Source: Clostridia bacterium
GTDB taxonomy: Bacteria > Bacillota > Clostridia > Oscillospirales > CAG-272
NCBI GenBank assembly: GCA_017961575.1
Contig: JAGCXA010000021.1
Span: 2,102 to 66,101, forward strand
Direction: 5' to 3'
DNA length: 64,000 nt
Below, piece after piece: positions 56,166 through 64,000 of this stretch; the stretch's first letter is position 1, and every line of letters begins with the position of its first letter. Both the position numbers and the translations under genes were made by a program. Under the pieces are notes generated by a model. That model was not told where the DNA came from. It made no database searches and was given only the letters and a program-made list of their open reading frames with translations.

Positions 56166-56798
56166 TCAGTTAGCGGTTTCCTCGCGCACGAGGATCAACT
56201 CGTTTGCGTAGGGGAGCGCCTTGATCGCGTCGCAGAGCGTATGCCACTCGGTGAGTTTGTGCGCGCGGCGGGCGTAATACATATTGATCAGCACCTCGTA
56301 GTTGAGGGTGACCGTGCGGAGTTGATTGTAACTTTCGGGGAGGAGTTGGATCATATCCAGCCAATCCTGCCGATCCTTGGTCTCGACGAAGCGCAGGCGC
56401 GCCGCTTCGAGATACGAGATGACCGAATCGAGCACGGCGAGTCCCGCCTCGCTCATTCCGTCGCAGGAAAAGTCCTCGCGCCCGAAGGGTTTGGCGTGGA
56501 TCTTGTGCATCGTGCTGGTCGAGTTGGCGACCGTGCCGACCTTGTACGTGTCAAACTCTTTCCACCAGTAGAGGGGTCCGGTAATATCCATCGAAACGAG
56601 GACCTGCCGGAGAAATTTCCGGTGATCCGACCCCGCCTTCGCAAGCCGCCGGGCGAGCGAAAGATCATTCTCGCCGAGGACGAACGTCCCGTCGGGTTCG
56701 GTATGGCTGTCGTACCTGTCCCAACTGTTCAGGGGGTTGCGCGCCCCGCGGATGGCGTTCTCGAAGTTCATGACCGAGATTCTTTCGACTTTCAGCAT
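56166..56798 (-). CDS. ThyX-fold protein lacking the canonical RHR motif (function unknown)
   Basis: 210 aa from ATG 56798 (GGAGGAG RBS). By-eye collinearity with ThyX (SDHRKFLRQVLVSMDITGPLYWWKEFDTYKVGTVANSTSTMH..LPESYNQLRTVTLNYEVLINMYYARRAH). Confidence 0.5.
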   Translation of the reverse strand: MLKVERISVMNFENAIRGARNPLNSWDRYDSHTEPDGTFVLGENDLSLARRLAKAGSDHRKFLRQVLVSMDITGPLYWWKEFDTYKVGTVANSTSTMHKIHAKPFGREDFSCDGMSEAGLAVLDSVISYLEAARLRFVETKDRQDWLDMIQLLPESYNQLRTVTLNYEVLINMYYARRAHKLTEWHTLCDAIKALPYANELILVREETAN

Positions 56799-56907
56799 TT
56801 TCTCCTCCGTTCCCGCGGGCGTTCGTCCCGCGGACAAAACTTATTTATTCAGGACAAATGGAAAAAGGGAGCAGGCAAACGCGGGGGCTTCCCCGCCCGG
56901 GGTCGGT

Positions 56908-59067
56908 TCAGACGCGGCGCAGGTGGAAAACCGCGGCGGTGAAGTCGCCGAGTTTCCTGCAATCGAAGGGGAGCCCGACCTCGGCGAGCGTGTCGCCGTG
57001 GAAGGTCGCGCCGCTCTCCTCGATAAAATACGAGGCGGCGGGGTCGAGCCCCGGAAGACGCGGAAACAGGTGTTCGGCGTTGGTCTCGGCGAGCAATTTG
57101 ACGAGCGTCAGGGTCGCCTTCGACCGATCCTTGGACACGATAAGGAACCCGAAGAGGTTTCCGGAAAACGGATCCGCCACCCGGTAGAGGTCGCCCGACA
57201 GGATCAGATCCTCGTCGCGGCGGAAAAGCTCGTTCTGCTCGCGGATCGCGTTCCTTTCCTCATCGGGAAGTTTCGACAGATCGAGTTCAAAGCCAGTCGC
57301 GCCGAGATGCGCGACGGCGCACCGGGTGAAGAACGGGGTGGTGCGCCCGTTCTGGTGGTTCGGGCAAGCCGCGACGTGACAGGACATCGCCGACGGCGGA
57401 TAGACGTAGGAGGTGCCGTACTGGATGAGGCACCGCATCCCGGCGTCGGTGTCGTCCGACGTCCAGATCTGCGGGAAGTAGTAAAGCATCCCGAAGTCGA
57501 ACCGCGCCCCGCCGCCCGAACATCCCTCGAAGAAGACGCCGGGATTGGCGAACACGATCCGCTCGAAGAGGTCGTAGAGCCCGAGCGCGTAGGCGTGGGC
57601 GAAACACTCGCGGTCGTTTTCCGCCGCCGCGGAAGAAAAGAGTTCCGTGACGTTGCGGTTGCTGTCCCATTTCACGTAGTCGATCGCGTTTTCCGAGAGC
57701 ACGCGGTTGACCGCCGAAACGATATAGTCGCGCACCTCGGGACGGGTAATATCCAGCACGAGCTGCCGCCGCGAGAGCAGCGGTTCGTAGCCGGGGCAGG
57801 AGATCGCCCAGTCGGGGTGGGCGCGGTAGAGGTCGGAGTCGGGGTTGACCATCTCCGGCTCGAACCAGAGCCCGAACTTCAAGCCGCGGGCGTGACAGCG
57901 TTCGATCAGGGGCGTGAGCCCTTCGGGCAGCTTGCTGCGGTTGACGGTCCAGTCGCCGAGCCCGGCGCTGTCGTTGTTGCGCGCGCCGAACCAGCCGTCG
58001 TCGAGGACGAAGGTGTCGATCCCGGTGCCCTCGGCGGCGTCGATGATCGGATAGAGCCGTTCGTAGTCGAAATCGAAGTAGGTCGCCTCCCAGTTGTTGA
58101 CGACGATCGGACGGGGACGCTTGACGAACGCGGGGTTCATCAGGTGTTCGCGGGCGTAATCGTGGAACGCGCGCGACAGTCCGCCGAGCCCGTCGGGAGA
58201 GAAGGCGAAGACCGCCTCCGGGGTGTCGAAAGTCTCGCCGGGAGAGAGCGTTTTCGAGAAGGCGAAGTCCGAGATCCCGCCGAGAAGCCGAGTCGAACCG
58301 TTCTGCGCCCCCTCGACGGAGATCTTCCACGAGGAGGAGTAGACGAGCGCAAGACCGTAGGCGCGTCCGGCGTTCTCGGTCGCCGTCCGTTCGACGACGG
58401 CGGCGAAGGGGTTCTCGGTCGCCGAACTGCTGACGCGCTTGGAATCGACCGAGATCACGCCGTGCCGGACCGGGGTGCGTTCGGGCATCCGTTCGCGCAC
58501 CCACGCGCCGTAGAGCGTGATGAGATCGTAGCCGTTGCCGGGGAGGTCGAGCGCCGCCGAATAGGCGCGCAGGATTTTCAGTTTTCCCTTCCCCGTATTT
58601 TTGATCCGGGCGGAACGCGCGACGGCGGGCGCGTCGTCGAAAACGGTATAGAAGAGTTCGACCGAGACGCCGCGGACGGGGTCGGACAGGGTGACGGCGA
58701 GCGTCTCGCCCCCAAACGACGTCGGGAGCCCCGCGAGTTTGTGATCCCGGACGATCCGGTATCCGACGTAGCGCAGATCGACCGTCGTTTCCCCCTCTTC
58801 GCCCCGGAACACGAGCATCGGTTCGCGGTAGTCGCCGCGCCCGTAAGCCGGCGCCTCGGCGCTGATCTGATTCTGACTGACCGTCCCCGGAATACGGGCT
58901 TCAAACGAGCCCGCCGCCTCGCCCCGGAAGAGCGAAAGATCGTCGCCCGCGTGGATCGGCGCGCCGAAATAACGGTGTTCGAGCACGCCGTCGACGACCC
59001 CCATCGCGTAGGTCGTCCCCTTGCCCGTCAGGGTGAAGATCGCGTTCTTTTCGTCGAATGAGATCAT
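56908..59067 (-). CDS. Alpha-galactosidase (GH36)
   Basis: 719 aa. FVLDDGWFGARNNDSAGLGDW, KFGLWFEPEMV, YVKWDSNRN motifs. Confidence 0.9.
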   Translation of the reverse strand: MISFDEKNAIFTLTGKGTTYAMGVVDGVLEHRYFGAPIHAGDDLSLFRGEAAGSFEARIPGTVSQNQISAEAPAYGRGDYREPMLVFRGEEGETTVDLRYVGYRIVRDHKLAGLPTSFGGETLAVTLSDPVRGVSVELFYTVFDDAPAVARSARIKNTGKGKLKILRAYSAALDLPGNGYDLITLYGAWVRERMPERTPVRHGVISVDSKRVSSSATENPFAAVVERTATENAGRAYGLALVYSSSWKISVEGAQNGSTRLLGGISDFAFSKTLSPGETFDTPEAVFAFSPDGLGGLSRAFHDYAREHLMNPAFVKRPRPIVVNNWEATYFDFDYERLYPIIDAAEGTGIDTFVLDDGWFGARNNDSAGLGDWTVNRSKLPEGLTPLIERCHARGLKFGLWFEPEMVNPDSDLYRAHPDWAISCPGYEPLLSRRQLVLDITRPEVRDYIVSAVNRVLSENAIDYVKWDSNRNVTELFSSAAAENDRECFAHAYALGLYDLFERIVFANPGVFFEGCSGGGARFDFGMLYYFPQIWTSDDTDAGMRCLIQYGTSYVYPPSAMSCHVAACPNHQNGRTTPFFTRCAVAHLGATGFELDLSKLPDEERNAIREQNELFRRDEDLILSGDLYRVADPFSGNLFGFLIVSKDRSKATLTLVKLLAETNAEHLFPRLPGLDPAASYFIEESGATFHGDTLAEVGLPFDCRKLGDFTAAVFHLRRV

Positions 59068-59097
59068 ATTCGGTTCCTTTCCCGTATCGTTCGGTGA

Positions 59098-59634
59098 TTA
59101 CTCGGTGAGTTCGGGGGGAAGCACGTCGCCGTAGGAGACGGTGTATCGCCACTCGACGACGTCGCCCGGAGAGAGCGTCACGGCGGACGCGCTCCGGTCG
59201 ATGAAAATTCCGTTGACCAGGACGATCCACCCCGATTCGTTCCCCGCCGAGAACTCGGCGAGGTCGTTGATCGAAGAAACGTAGTAGTTCCCGGCAAGCC
59301 CGCTGTAAACGATCCTGAGCCGCGCGGGGCGCTCCGCCGCGAGAAGCAGGTCGAACGCCGTCATCCCGTCGCGGAGAAGGAAGCGGGTCGGGGCGAGATA
59401 GACCAGCCCGTCGGGCAGGTTCTTCCGCAAAGCGGGGGACAGTACGTCGGGGTCGTCCGAAAGAGCGAGACAGTCGACCGAAAGCGTGACGGTCTCCGCC
59501 CCCTCGGGGATCTCCTCCTGATTGTACGCGTAGTGTTCGTCGACGCTCTCGACGCGACCGAAGAGCAAAACGCCGCCGACGACAAGAAACAGCAGAAGGA
59601 ATCCCGCCGCGACCGAAAGCCGGATCTTTTTCAT
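59098..59634 (-). CDS. DUF4430-like secreted/membrane-anchored protein
   Basis: 178 aa. N-terminal TM, C-terminal GWIVLVNGIFIDRSASAVTLSPGDVVEWRY is typical of DUF4430. Confidence 0.6.
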   Translation of the reverse strand: MKKIRLSVAAGFLLLFLVVGGVLLFGRVESVDEHYAYNQEEIPEGAETVTLSVDCLALSDDPDVLSPALRKNLPDGLVYLAPTRFLLRDGMTAFDLLLAAERPARLRIVYSGLAGNYYVSSINDLAEFSAGNESGWIVLVNGIFIDRSASAVTLSPGDVVEWRYTVSYGDVLPPELTE

Positions 59635-59649
59635 CTCTTCCCTTCCGGA

Positions 59650-61503
59650 TCAGCGGCTGCTGTCGTAATAGGGATACTTGATCCGCTCCGTGCTGATCCT
59701 CTCCCAGTTGGCGAAATCGTTGGCGTCACCCGTGATCTTGTAGGTAATGAGGTTCCAGTCGCGGGGGGCGGTCGACCGGTTGGCTTTCGCGCCGTTCATG
59801 TAGAAGTAGCGGACGACCTCCTCGTCGTCTCCTACGTCCTTGACCGATCTGCCGACGGCGGTATGGTCAAGTCCGAGCGCCTCGAGGATGGTCGGGCAGA
59901 GGTTCTCGTGGGACAGTTGCTTCTGCGAACGCTGCAGAGGCACGGTCGTATCGGCGCCCCTCGGCTTGATCATCAGGACCGGGACGCGCTCGCCGGTATC
60001 GGGTTCGCCCGTCAGAACGTTCTCGATCTCGCTTGCGTGTTCGAGGTCGGTGACGGTTCCCGTCCTGCCGTGGTCGGCGGTCACGATGATCGTCGTTTTA
60101 TCGTACAGTCCCTTTTCTTTGAGTTGTTCGATATAGAGCAAGAGCGTACCGATATCGCCCCTCGTCTGTTGAAGCAGTCCCTCTCTGTCGGACGCAAACT
60201 CCGCGCGGTTGCCGGCGGCGTCCATATAATAAGGTTCGTGAGAACCGGACAGATGGTAGAACAGGTAGGTCGCGGCGTTGTTCCGGACGGTCAGCCCCTG
60301 ACTGACGAGGTCGGCGCGGAAACGGACGTCGTCGCTCGAATACACGTCGTATTCTGCGTTCGGATCGTCGTAGACGTAGGTGAAATAGTCGTTGGTGTAG
60401 TAGTGGAAGTAGGGTTTCAGCGCCTCGGGCGTCCAACGGTAGGACGAGAGGATCATCATCGCCGAAAGGATCCGTCCCTTCGGGGGAAGTTCCATCGGCG
60501 GCGCGGCGTTTTCGACCGTGCCGATCAACCACTCGGCGTTCCCGATCGTGTAGGGAACGTCGGTGTAGACGCGCGCCTCGACTTCCCCTTCGCGGAGCGC
60601 TTTGAGGAAAGGCGACGTCGTGAAGGCGTTTTCGAGATACTCGCGCGGCTTCTGCGAATAATCGGTTTTGACCCCGGTGAGCAGGTAGGCGACCGAGGGA
60701 TAGGTGCGCGAATAACTCCCGACGAAATTCTCGTAGAACGTGAAGCCGCCGAGAGCGTTTTCAAGCGCCGGTTCCGCCGCGAGGATCGCGTCGGCGTATT
60801 TGTTGTCGAAACGGTCGAGCAGGAAGACGACGACGTTGTTGTTTTCCGAAACGTCGTAGATCCCCTCGCGTTTGAGATAGCCGTTCCGGGAGTTGTCGTA
60901 GAGCGAATCGGAGGTCAGAAGCATTACGATCAGGGCGACCGTCTGCGCCACGACGAGCAGCGCGGCAAGCGCGCGGGCGGCGTACTTCCAGACCTTCGGG
61001 AACAGGTAGTGGATCAAAAACGGCAGAAGGATCAGGAATACCCAGAGCACCAGATTCAACACCGTCTTCACGCGGTAGTCGTGCCACGCGACGCTGGCGC
61101 CGTCGAGCGTTCCGTGGTCGACGTTGAGCAGGTTGCATTGCAGATACCCGCAGATCAAAAACCCGACCGAAAGAGAAACGAACGCGTTGTGGATCTTTCC
61201 GCGCAGGAGCGTGAGACACGCGCCGAGCCCGACGAAAACGCCGAGCGCGAGCAGGATCAGCGGCGGGGTGAGCGCCCCGATCCCGAACGGAAGAAAACTG
61301 TTGTTCTTGATGAAGACCTCGAGCGGCTGAAAGAGACAGAACGTATAAGCGACGGCAAACGAGACCGGAAGCGCGTTCAAAAGCCGCTGCTTCCAATTCC
61401 GCTTGTCGCGCCAGAGAAACGCAAGTTTTTCGCCCGCCGTCGCGGGACGCTTTTTCTTTTCCGCGGCGGGAGGCGTTTTCAGATTCTCGTTACCGGATTC
61501 CAT
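59650..61503 (-). CDS. LTA-synthase / sulfatase-family phosphotransferase (polytopic N-terminus plus extracellular catalytic domain)
   Basis: Start at ATG 61503. VVVFLLDRFDNKY...YHLSGSHEPY...IIVTADHG. The track ORF (to 62640) runs through the promoter region and the opposite-strand gene. Confidence 0.75.
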   Translation of the reverse strand: MESGNENLKTPPAAEKKKRPATAGEKLAFLWRDKRNWKQRLLNALPVSFAVAYTFCLFQPLEVFIKNNSFLPFGIGALTPPLILLALGVFVGLGACLTLLRGKIHNAFVSLSVGFLICGYLQCNLLNVDHGTLDGASVAWHDYRVKTVLNLVLWVFLILLPFLIHYLFPKVWKYAARALAALLVVAQTVALIVMLLTSDSLYDNSRNGYLKREGIYDVSENNNVVVFLLDRFDNKYADAILAAEPALENALGGFTFYENFVGSYSRTYPSVAYLLTGVKTDYSQKPREYLENAFTTSPFLKALREGEVEARVYTDVPYTIGNAEWLIGTVENAAPPMELPPKGRILSAMMILSSYRWTPEALKPYFHYYTNDYFTYVYDDPNAEYDVYSSDDVRFRADLVSQGLTVRNNAATYLFYHLSGSHEPYYMDAAGNRAEFASDREGLLQQTRGDIGTLLLYIEQLKEKGLYDKTTIIVTADHGRTGTVTDLEHASEIENVLTGEPDTGERVPVLMIKPRGADTTVPLQRSQKQLSHENLCPTILEALGLDHTAVGRSVKDVGDDEEVVRYFYMNGAKANRSTAPRDWNLITYKITGDANDFANWERISTERIKYPYYDSSR

Positions 61504-61539
61504 CGTTATACTGACCTCGCTGAAATGTTCGTTCAGCAT

Positions 61540-61568
61540 ATTATAACATTTTAGACTTAAAAAGTAAA
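61540..61568 (-). promoter_or_regulatory. SigA promoter of the LtaS-like operon
   Basis: Minus strand TTTACT-17 nt-TATAAT with TGt extended -10. Confidence 0.5.
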
Positions 61569-61626
61569 GTCCGAAAACGAAAAAAAGCGGCGCCGGCGAA
61601 AAATGGACCGAAAAGAGAAAAAACGG

Positions 61627-61655
61627 TTGACAAGCGTTCAATTCCGTGATACAAT
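61627..61655 (+). promoter_or_regulatory. SigA promoter of the LicC-like gene
   Basis: TTGACA-17 nt-TACAAT with TGa extended -10. Confidence 0.55.
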
Positions 61656-61728
61656 CGGAACAGTTTGAACGCCCGGTGAAACGCCGACGGCATTCGACCC
61701 GGAGCGACCCCGGGAAAAGGAGAAACCT

Positions 61729-62619
61729 ATGCTGACAGAAAAACAGTTTGCGATCCTGACCACGTTGGAAGCGGCGAAGAAACCGCTCTCTCAGCGCGCC
61801 GTGGCGGCGGGAGCAAAGATCTCGCTCGGCATCGCCAACAAGACGATGGCGGAACTGACCGAAAGCGGACTGATCGCGGGCGGCGCGATCACCGAAAAAG
61901 GGCTTGCCGCCCTCGAACCCTACCGGGTAAAGCGCGCGGTGGTCCTTGCCGCCGGGTTCGGTTCGCGGTTGGTACCGATCACGCTGAACACCCCGAAGCC
62001 GCTCGTCCGCGTCAAGGGGAAACGGATCGTCGATTCGCTGCTCGACGCGATCACGGCGGTCGGGATCAAGGAGATCTATATCGTGCGCGGCTACCTCGGC
62101 GAACAGTTCAGCCAACTGCTTCCGAAATATCCGGATCTCGTCTTCATCGACAACCCGCTCTATATGGAGACGAACAATATTTCGTCCGCCTACTGCGCCC
62201 GGCACTTCCTCAAAAACGCCTATATCTGCGAGGCGGATCTCCTGCTCTACAATCCCTCCCTCATCACCAAATATCAGTACCGCTCGAACTACCTCGGGAT
62301 CCCGGTGGAACGCACCGACGACTGGTGCCTCGAAACCAAGCACGGGACCGTCACGAAGATCGGGATCGGCGGGACGAACTGCCACCAGATCGTCGGGATT
62401 TCCTACTGGAACGAGGAGGACGGGAAGCGGCTCGGACGGCATCTTGAAGAGGACTTCAACGCGCCGGGCGGGAAGGAACGCTTCTGGGATCAGGTCGCGC
62501 TTGAAAACCATATCTCGGACTACCGGATCGGGGTGCGCGAATGCCGCTTCGAGGACATCTGCGAGATCGACACCTTCGGCGAACTGCAAAAGCTGGACGA
62601 GACCTACCGGGTGAACTGA
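61729..62619 (+). CDS. LicC-like cytidylyltransferase with an N-terminal winged-helix domain
   Basis: 296 aa. MLTEKQFAILTTLEAAKKPLSQRAVA (wHTH-like), then AVVLAAGFGSRLVPITLNTPKPLV... nucleotidyltransferase. Confidence 0.7.
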   Translation: MLTEKQFAILTTLEAAKKPLSQRAVAAGAKISLGIANKTMAELTESGLIAGGAITEKGLAALEPYRVKRAVVLAAGFGSRLVPITLNTPKPLVRVKGKRIVDSLLDAITAVGIKEIYIVRGYLGEQFSQLLPKYPDLVFIDNPLYMETNNISSAYCARHFLKNAYICEADLLLYNPSLITKYQYRSNYLGIPVERTDDWCLETKHGTVTKIGIGGTNCHQIVGISYWNEEDGKRLGRHLEEDFNAPGGKERFWDQVALENHISDYRIGVRECRFEDICEIDTFGELQKLDETYRVN

Positions 62620-62648
62620 CCTCCCGGGGGGCGGTTTCAAAAAAGCGA

Positions 62649-62689
62649 GCGCAGACCGCGTTTTTGCGGTCTGCGCGTTTTGTTTTTTT
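62649..62689. terminator. Bidirectional intrinsic terminator
   Basis: gcgcagaccgc-6 nt-gcggtctgcgc plus gttttgttttttt, with an A-run upstream. Confidence 0.85.
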
Positions 62690-62697
62690 CTGTGGGA

Positions 62698-63297
62698 TCA
62701 GAGCGCGGCGGTGATCGCGGCGAGGAACTCGGGGAATTCCTCGAAGGCGGGAAGATCGGGGTTGTCCGCCTTGATCTTCTCGGTCGAGCGGAAGAGGAAG
62801 CCCGCCTTGCTCGCGCGGATCATTCCGAGGTCGTTGAAACTGTCGCCGGCGGCGATCGTCTCGAACCCGATGGATTGCAGGGCGCGGACGGTCGAGAGTT
62901 TCGAGTTGGCGATCCGCATTTTGTAGCCGGTGATCGCGCCGTCGGGGGCGACTTCGAGCGAGTTGCAGAAGAGCGTCGGCATCCCGAGTTTTTCCATCAG
63001 GGGAGCGGCGAACTGCTCGAAGGTGTCGGAGAGGATCAGGACCTGCGATCTCTTCCTGAGCGCGTCGAGAAATTCCTTCGCGCCGGGGAACGGATCGATC
63101 CCCGCGATGACCTTCTGAATTTCGGGAAGCCCCAGTTTGTGTTCTTTCAGAATGGCGAGCCGGAACTTCATCAGTTTGTCGTAATCGGGCTCGTCGCGGG
63201 TGGTGCGTTTCAGTTCCTCGATCCCGGTCGCGCGGGAAAAGGCGATCCAGATCTCGGGGACGAGCACCCCTTCCATGTCAAGGCATACGATGTTCAA
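62698..63297 (-). CDS. thrH: HAD-IB phosphoserine phosphatase / homoserine phosphotransferase ThrH-like
   Basis: MNIVCLDMEGVLVPEIWIAFS...AAGDSFNDLGM. Confidence 0.8.
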   Translation of the reverse strand: MNIVCLDMEGVLVPEIWIAFSRATGIEELKRTTRDEPDYDKLMKFRLAILKEHKLGLPEIQKVIAGIDPFPGAKEFLDALRKRSQVLILSDTFEQFAAPLMEKLGMPTLFCNSLEVAPDGAITGYKMRIANSKLSTVRALQSIGFETIAAGDSFNDLGMIRASKAGFLFRSTEKIKADNPDLPAFEEFPEFLAAITAAL

Positions 63298-63360
63298 CGT
63301 GGTTTCTCCTTTGATTTGACTATGATTATACTCTCCCGTTTCCGGGATACAAGAACGAGT

Positions 63361-64000
63361 TTATTCCGGCTTCCCCGCTTTGAGGCGGGCGAGCAGGGCT
63401 TCCCTTTCGTTGTCGACCTTCCCCGAGGCGGCAAGGCGAAGCAGGGCGTCGAGCGCCTCTTTGCGCGCGGGTCCCGCGGGAACGGCAACAAGGTCGTTCC
63501 CCCGCACCGCGAGGTCGGCGAGCGTCGCGGGACGTCCGCTTTCAATAAAGGCGGCGACGGCGCTCTCCCCCGCTTCGGCTCCGGGATCGCGGTACGCCCG
63601 GGCAAGGGCGACGGCGTCGCGGGCGACAGCCGCCCCGAAATCGACGAGGAAGAGTCCGGCGCACGACAGATCTGCGGGCAGCCCGGCGGCGTACGCCGCG
63701 ACGGCAGCCGAGGCGCGGCGTTCGCTCTTCCGGTCGGTTCTCAAAGATCGGAAAAGGGCGGCGGTCGCATCCGCGCCGAGCGGACGGGCGAGGGCGGCGA
63801 GGGCGAGGGGCGGGTCGGACGAAAGGCGCGACGCGGCGCTCGCCGCGTTATCCCAACCGTCGCCGAGAGGCGCCAGCGCGGGAACGGCGGCGAAGAGAAC
63901 GTCGCGGTAGGTTTGCAAGACCGATCCCGACGCCTTCCCCGACAGCAGTTTCAGAAGTTCCTCCCGGATCCGTTCGGGCGAGACGCGCCGGACCGAGGGC
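63361..64000 (-). CDS. cca: CCA-adding tRNA nucleotidyltransferase, C-terminal part (5' end beyond the window)
   Basis: The frame stays open to the window edge (..ERIREELLKLLSGKASGSVLQTYRDV..). The C-terminus LADLAVRGNDL...AGPARKEALDALL is typical. The track's TTG start at 63918 is internal. Confidence 0.7.
   Translation of the reverse strand, partial: PSVRRVSPERIREELLKLLSGKASGSVLQTYRDVLFAAVPALAPLGDGWDNAASAASRLSSDPPLALAALARPLGADATAALFRSLRTDRKSERRASAAVAAYAAGLPADLSCAGLFLVDFGAAVARDAVALARAYRDPGAEAGESAVAAFIESGRPATLADLAVRGNDLVAVPAGPARKEALDALLRLAASGKVDNEREALLARLKAGKPE

Noticed and set aside
61504-62640. N-terminal 379 codons of the 996-aa track ORF 59650..62640
   Set aside because: This part runs antisense through the LicC-like gene and both divergent promoters and has an R/P/G-rich composition. 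The real LtaS-like protein starts at 61503, after a TATAAT box and an RBS.

Overview
High-GC (about 60-68% in sampled lines) chromosomal segment that looks Firmicutes/Clostridia-like: GGAGG ribosome-binding sites, many near-consensus TTGACA-17-TATAAT promoters, and yloV, degV, a SpoVB-like flippase, Gram-positive YidC and SecA with a C-terminal zinc finger. I call about 57 protein genes. They are mostly housekeeping (secA, cysE-cysS, yajC, mfd-pth-nadE, a heterodimeric ABC exporter, tandem radC, an ECF transporter module, GH2 and GH36 glycosidases). There is also a ~12 kb surface-polysaccharide cluster at 32.0-43.8 kb (rfbBA, fdtA plus aminotransferase, five glycosyltransferases, Wzx, a Wzy/EpsG-like protein, an initiating sugar transferase), and its core has clearly lower GC (about 45-47% in two hand-counted lines). 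I found no rRNA, tRNA, CRISPR array, transposase or integrase. Many long ORFs in the supplied track are antisense or out-of-frame shadows typical of high-GC DNA. About 16 real ORFs are over-extended at the 5' end, and I re-set their starts using RBS and promoter positions. The most unusual signal is non-coding. Two ~350-430 bp arrays (4792-5143 and 6934-7359) each contain 12 short GC-rich hairpins with different stem sequences, joined by a constant AT-rich linker (TATGTAAT or its complement ATTACATA). The two arrays are inverted copies of each other and flank the divergent nnrD / cytidylate-kinase-like gene pair. Secondary items: a YidC-TagF fusion protein, a ThyX-fold protein lacking the RHR motif, a degenerate-plus-intact RadC pair coupled to the ABC exporter, a 20-bp perfect inverted repeat enclosing a terminator, and several uncharacterised membrane-protein operons. 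All functional calls come from reading the translated sequences by eye, and no database search was possible.
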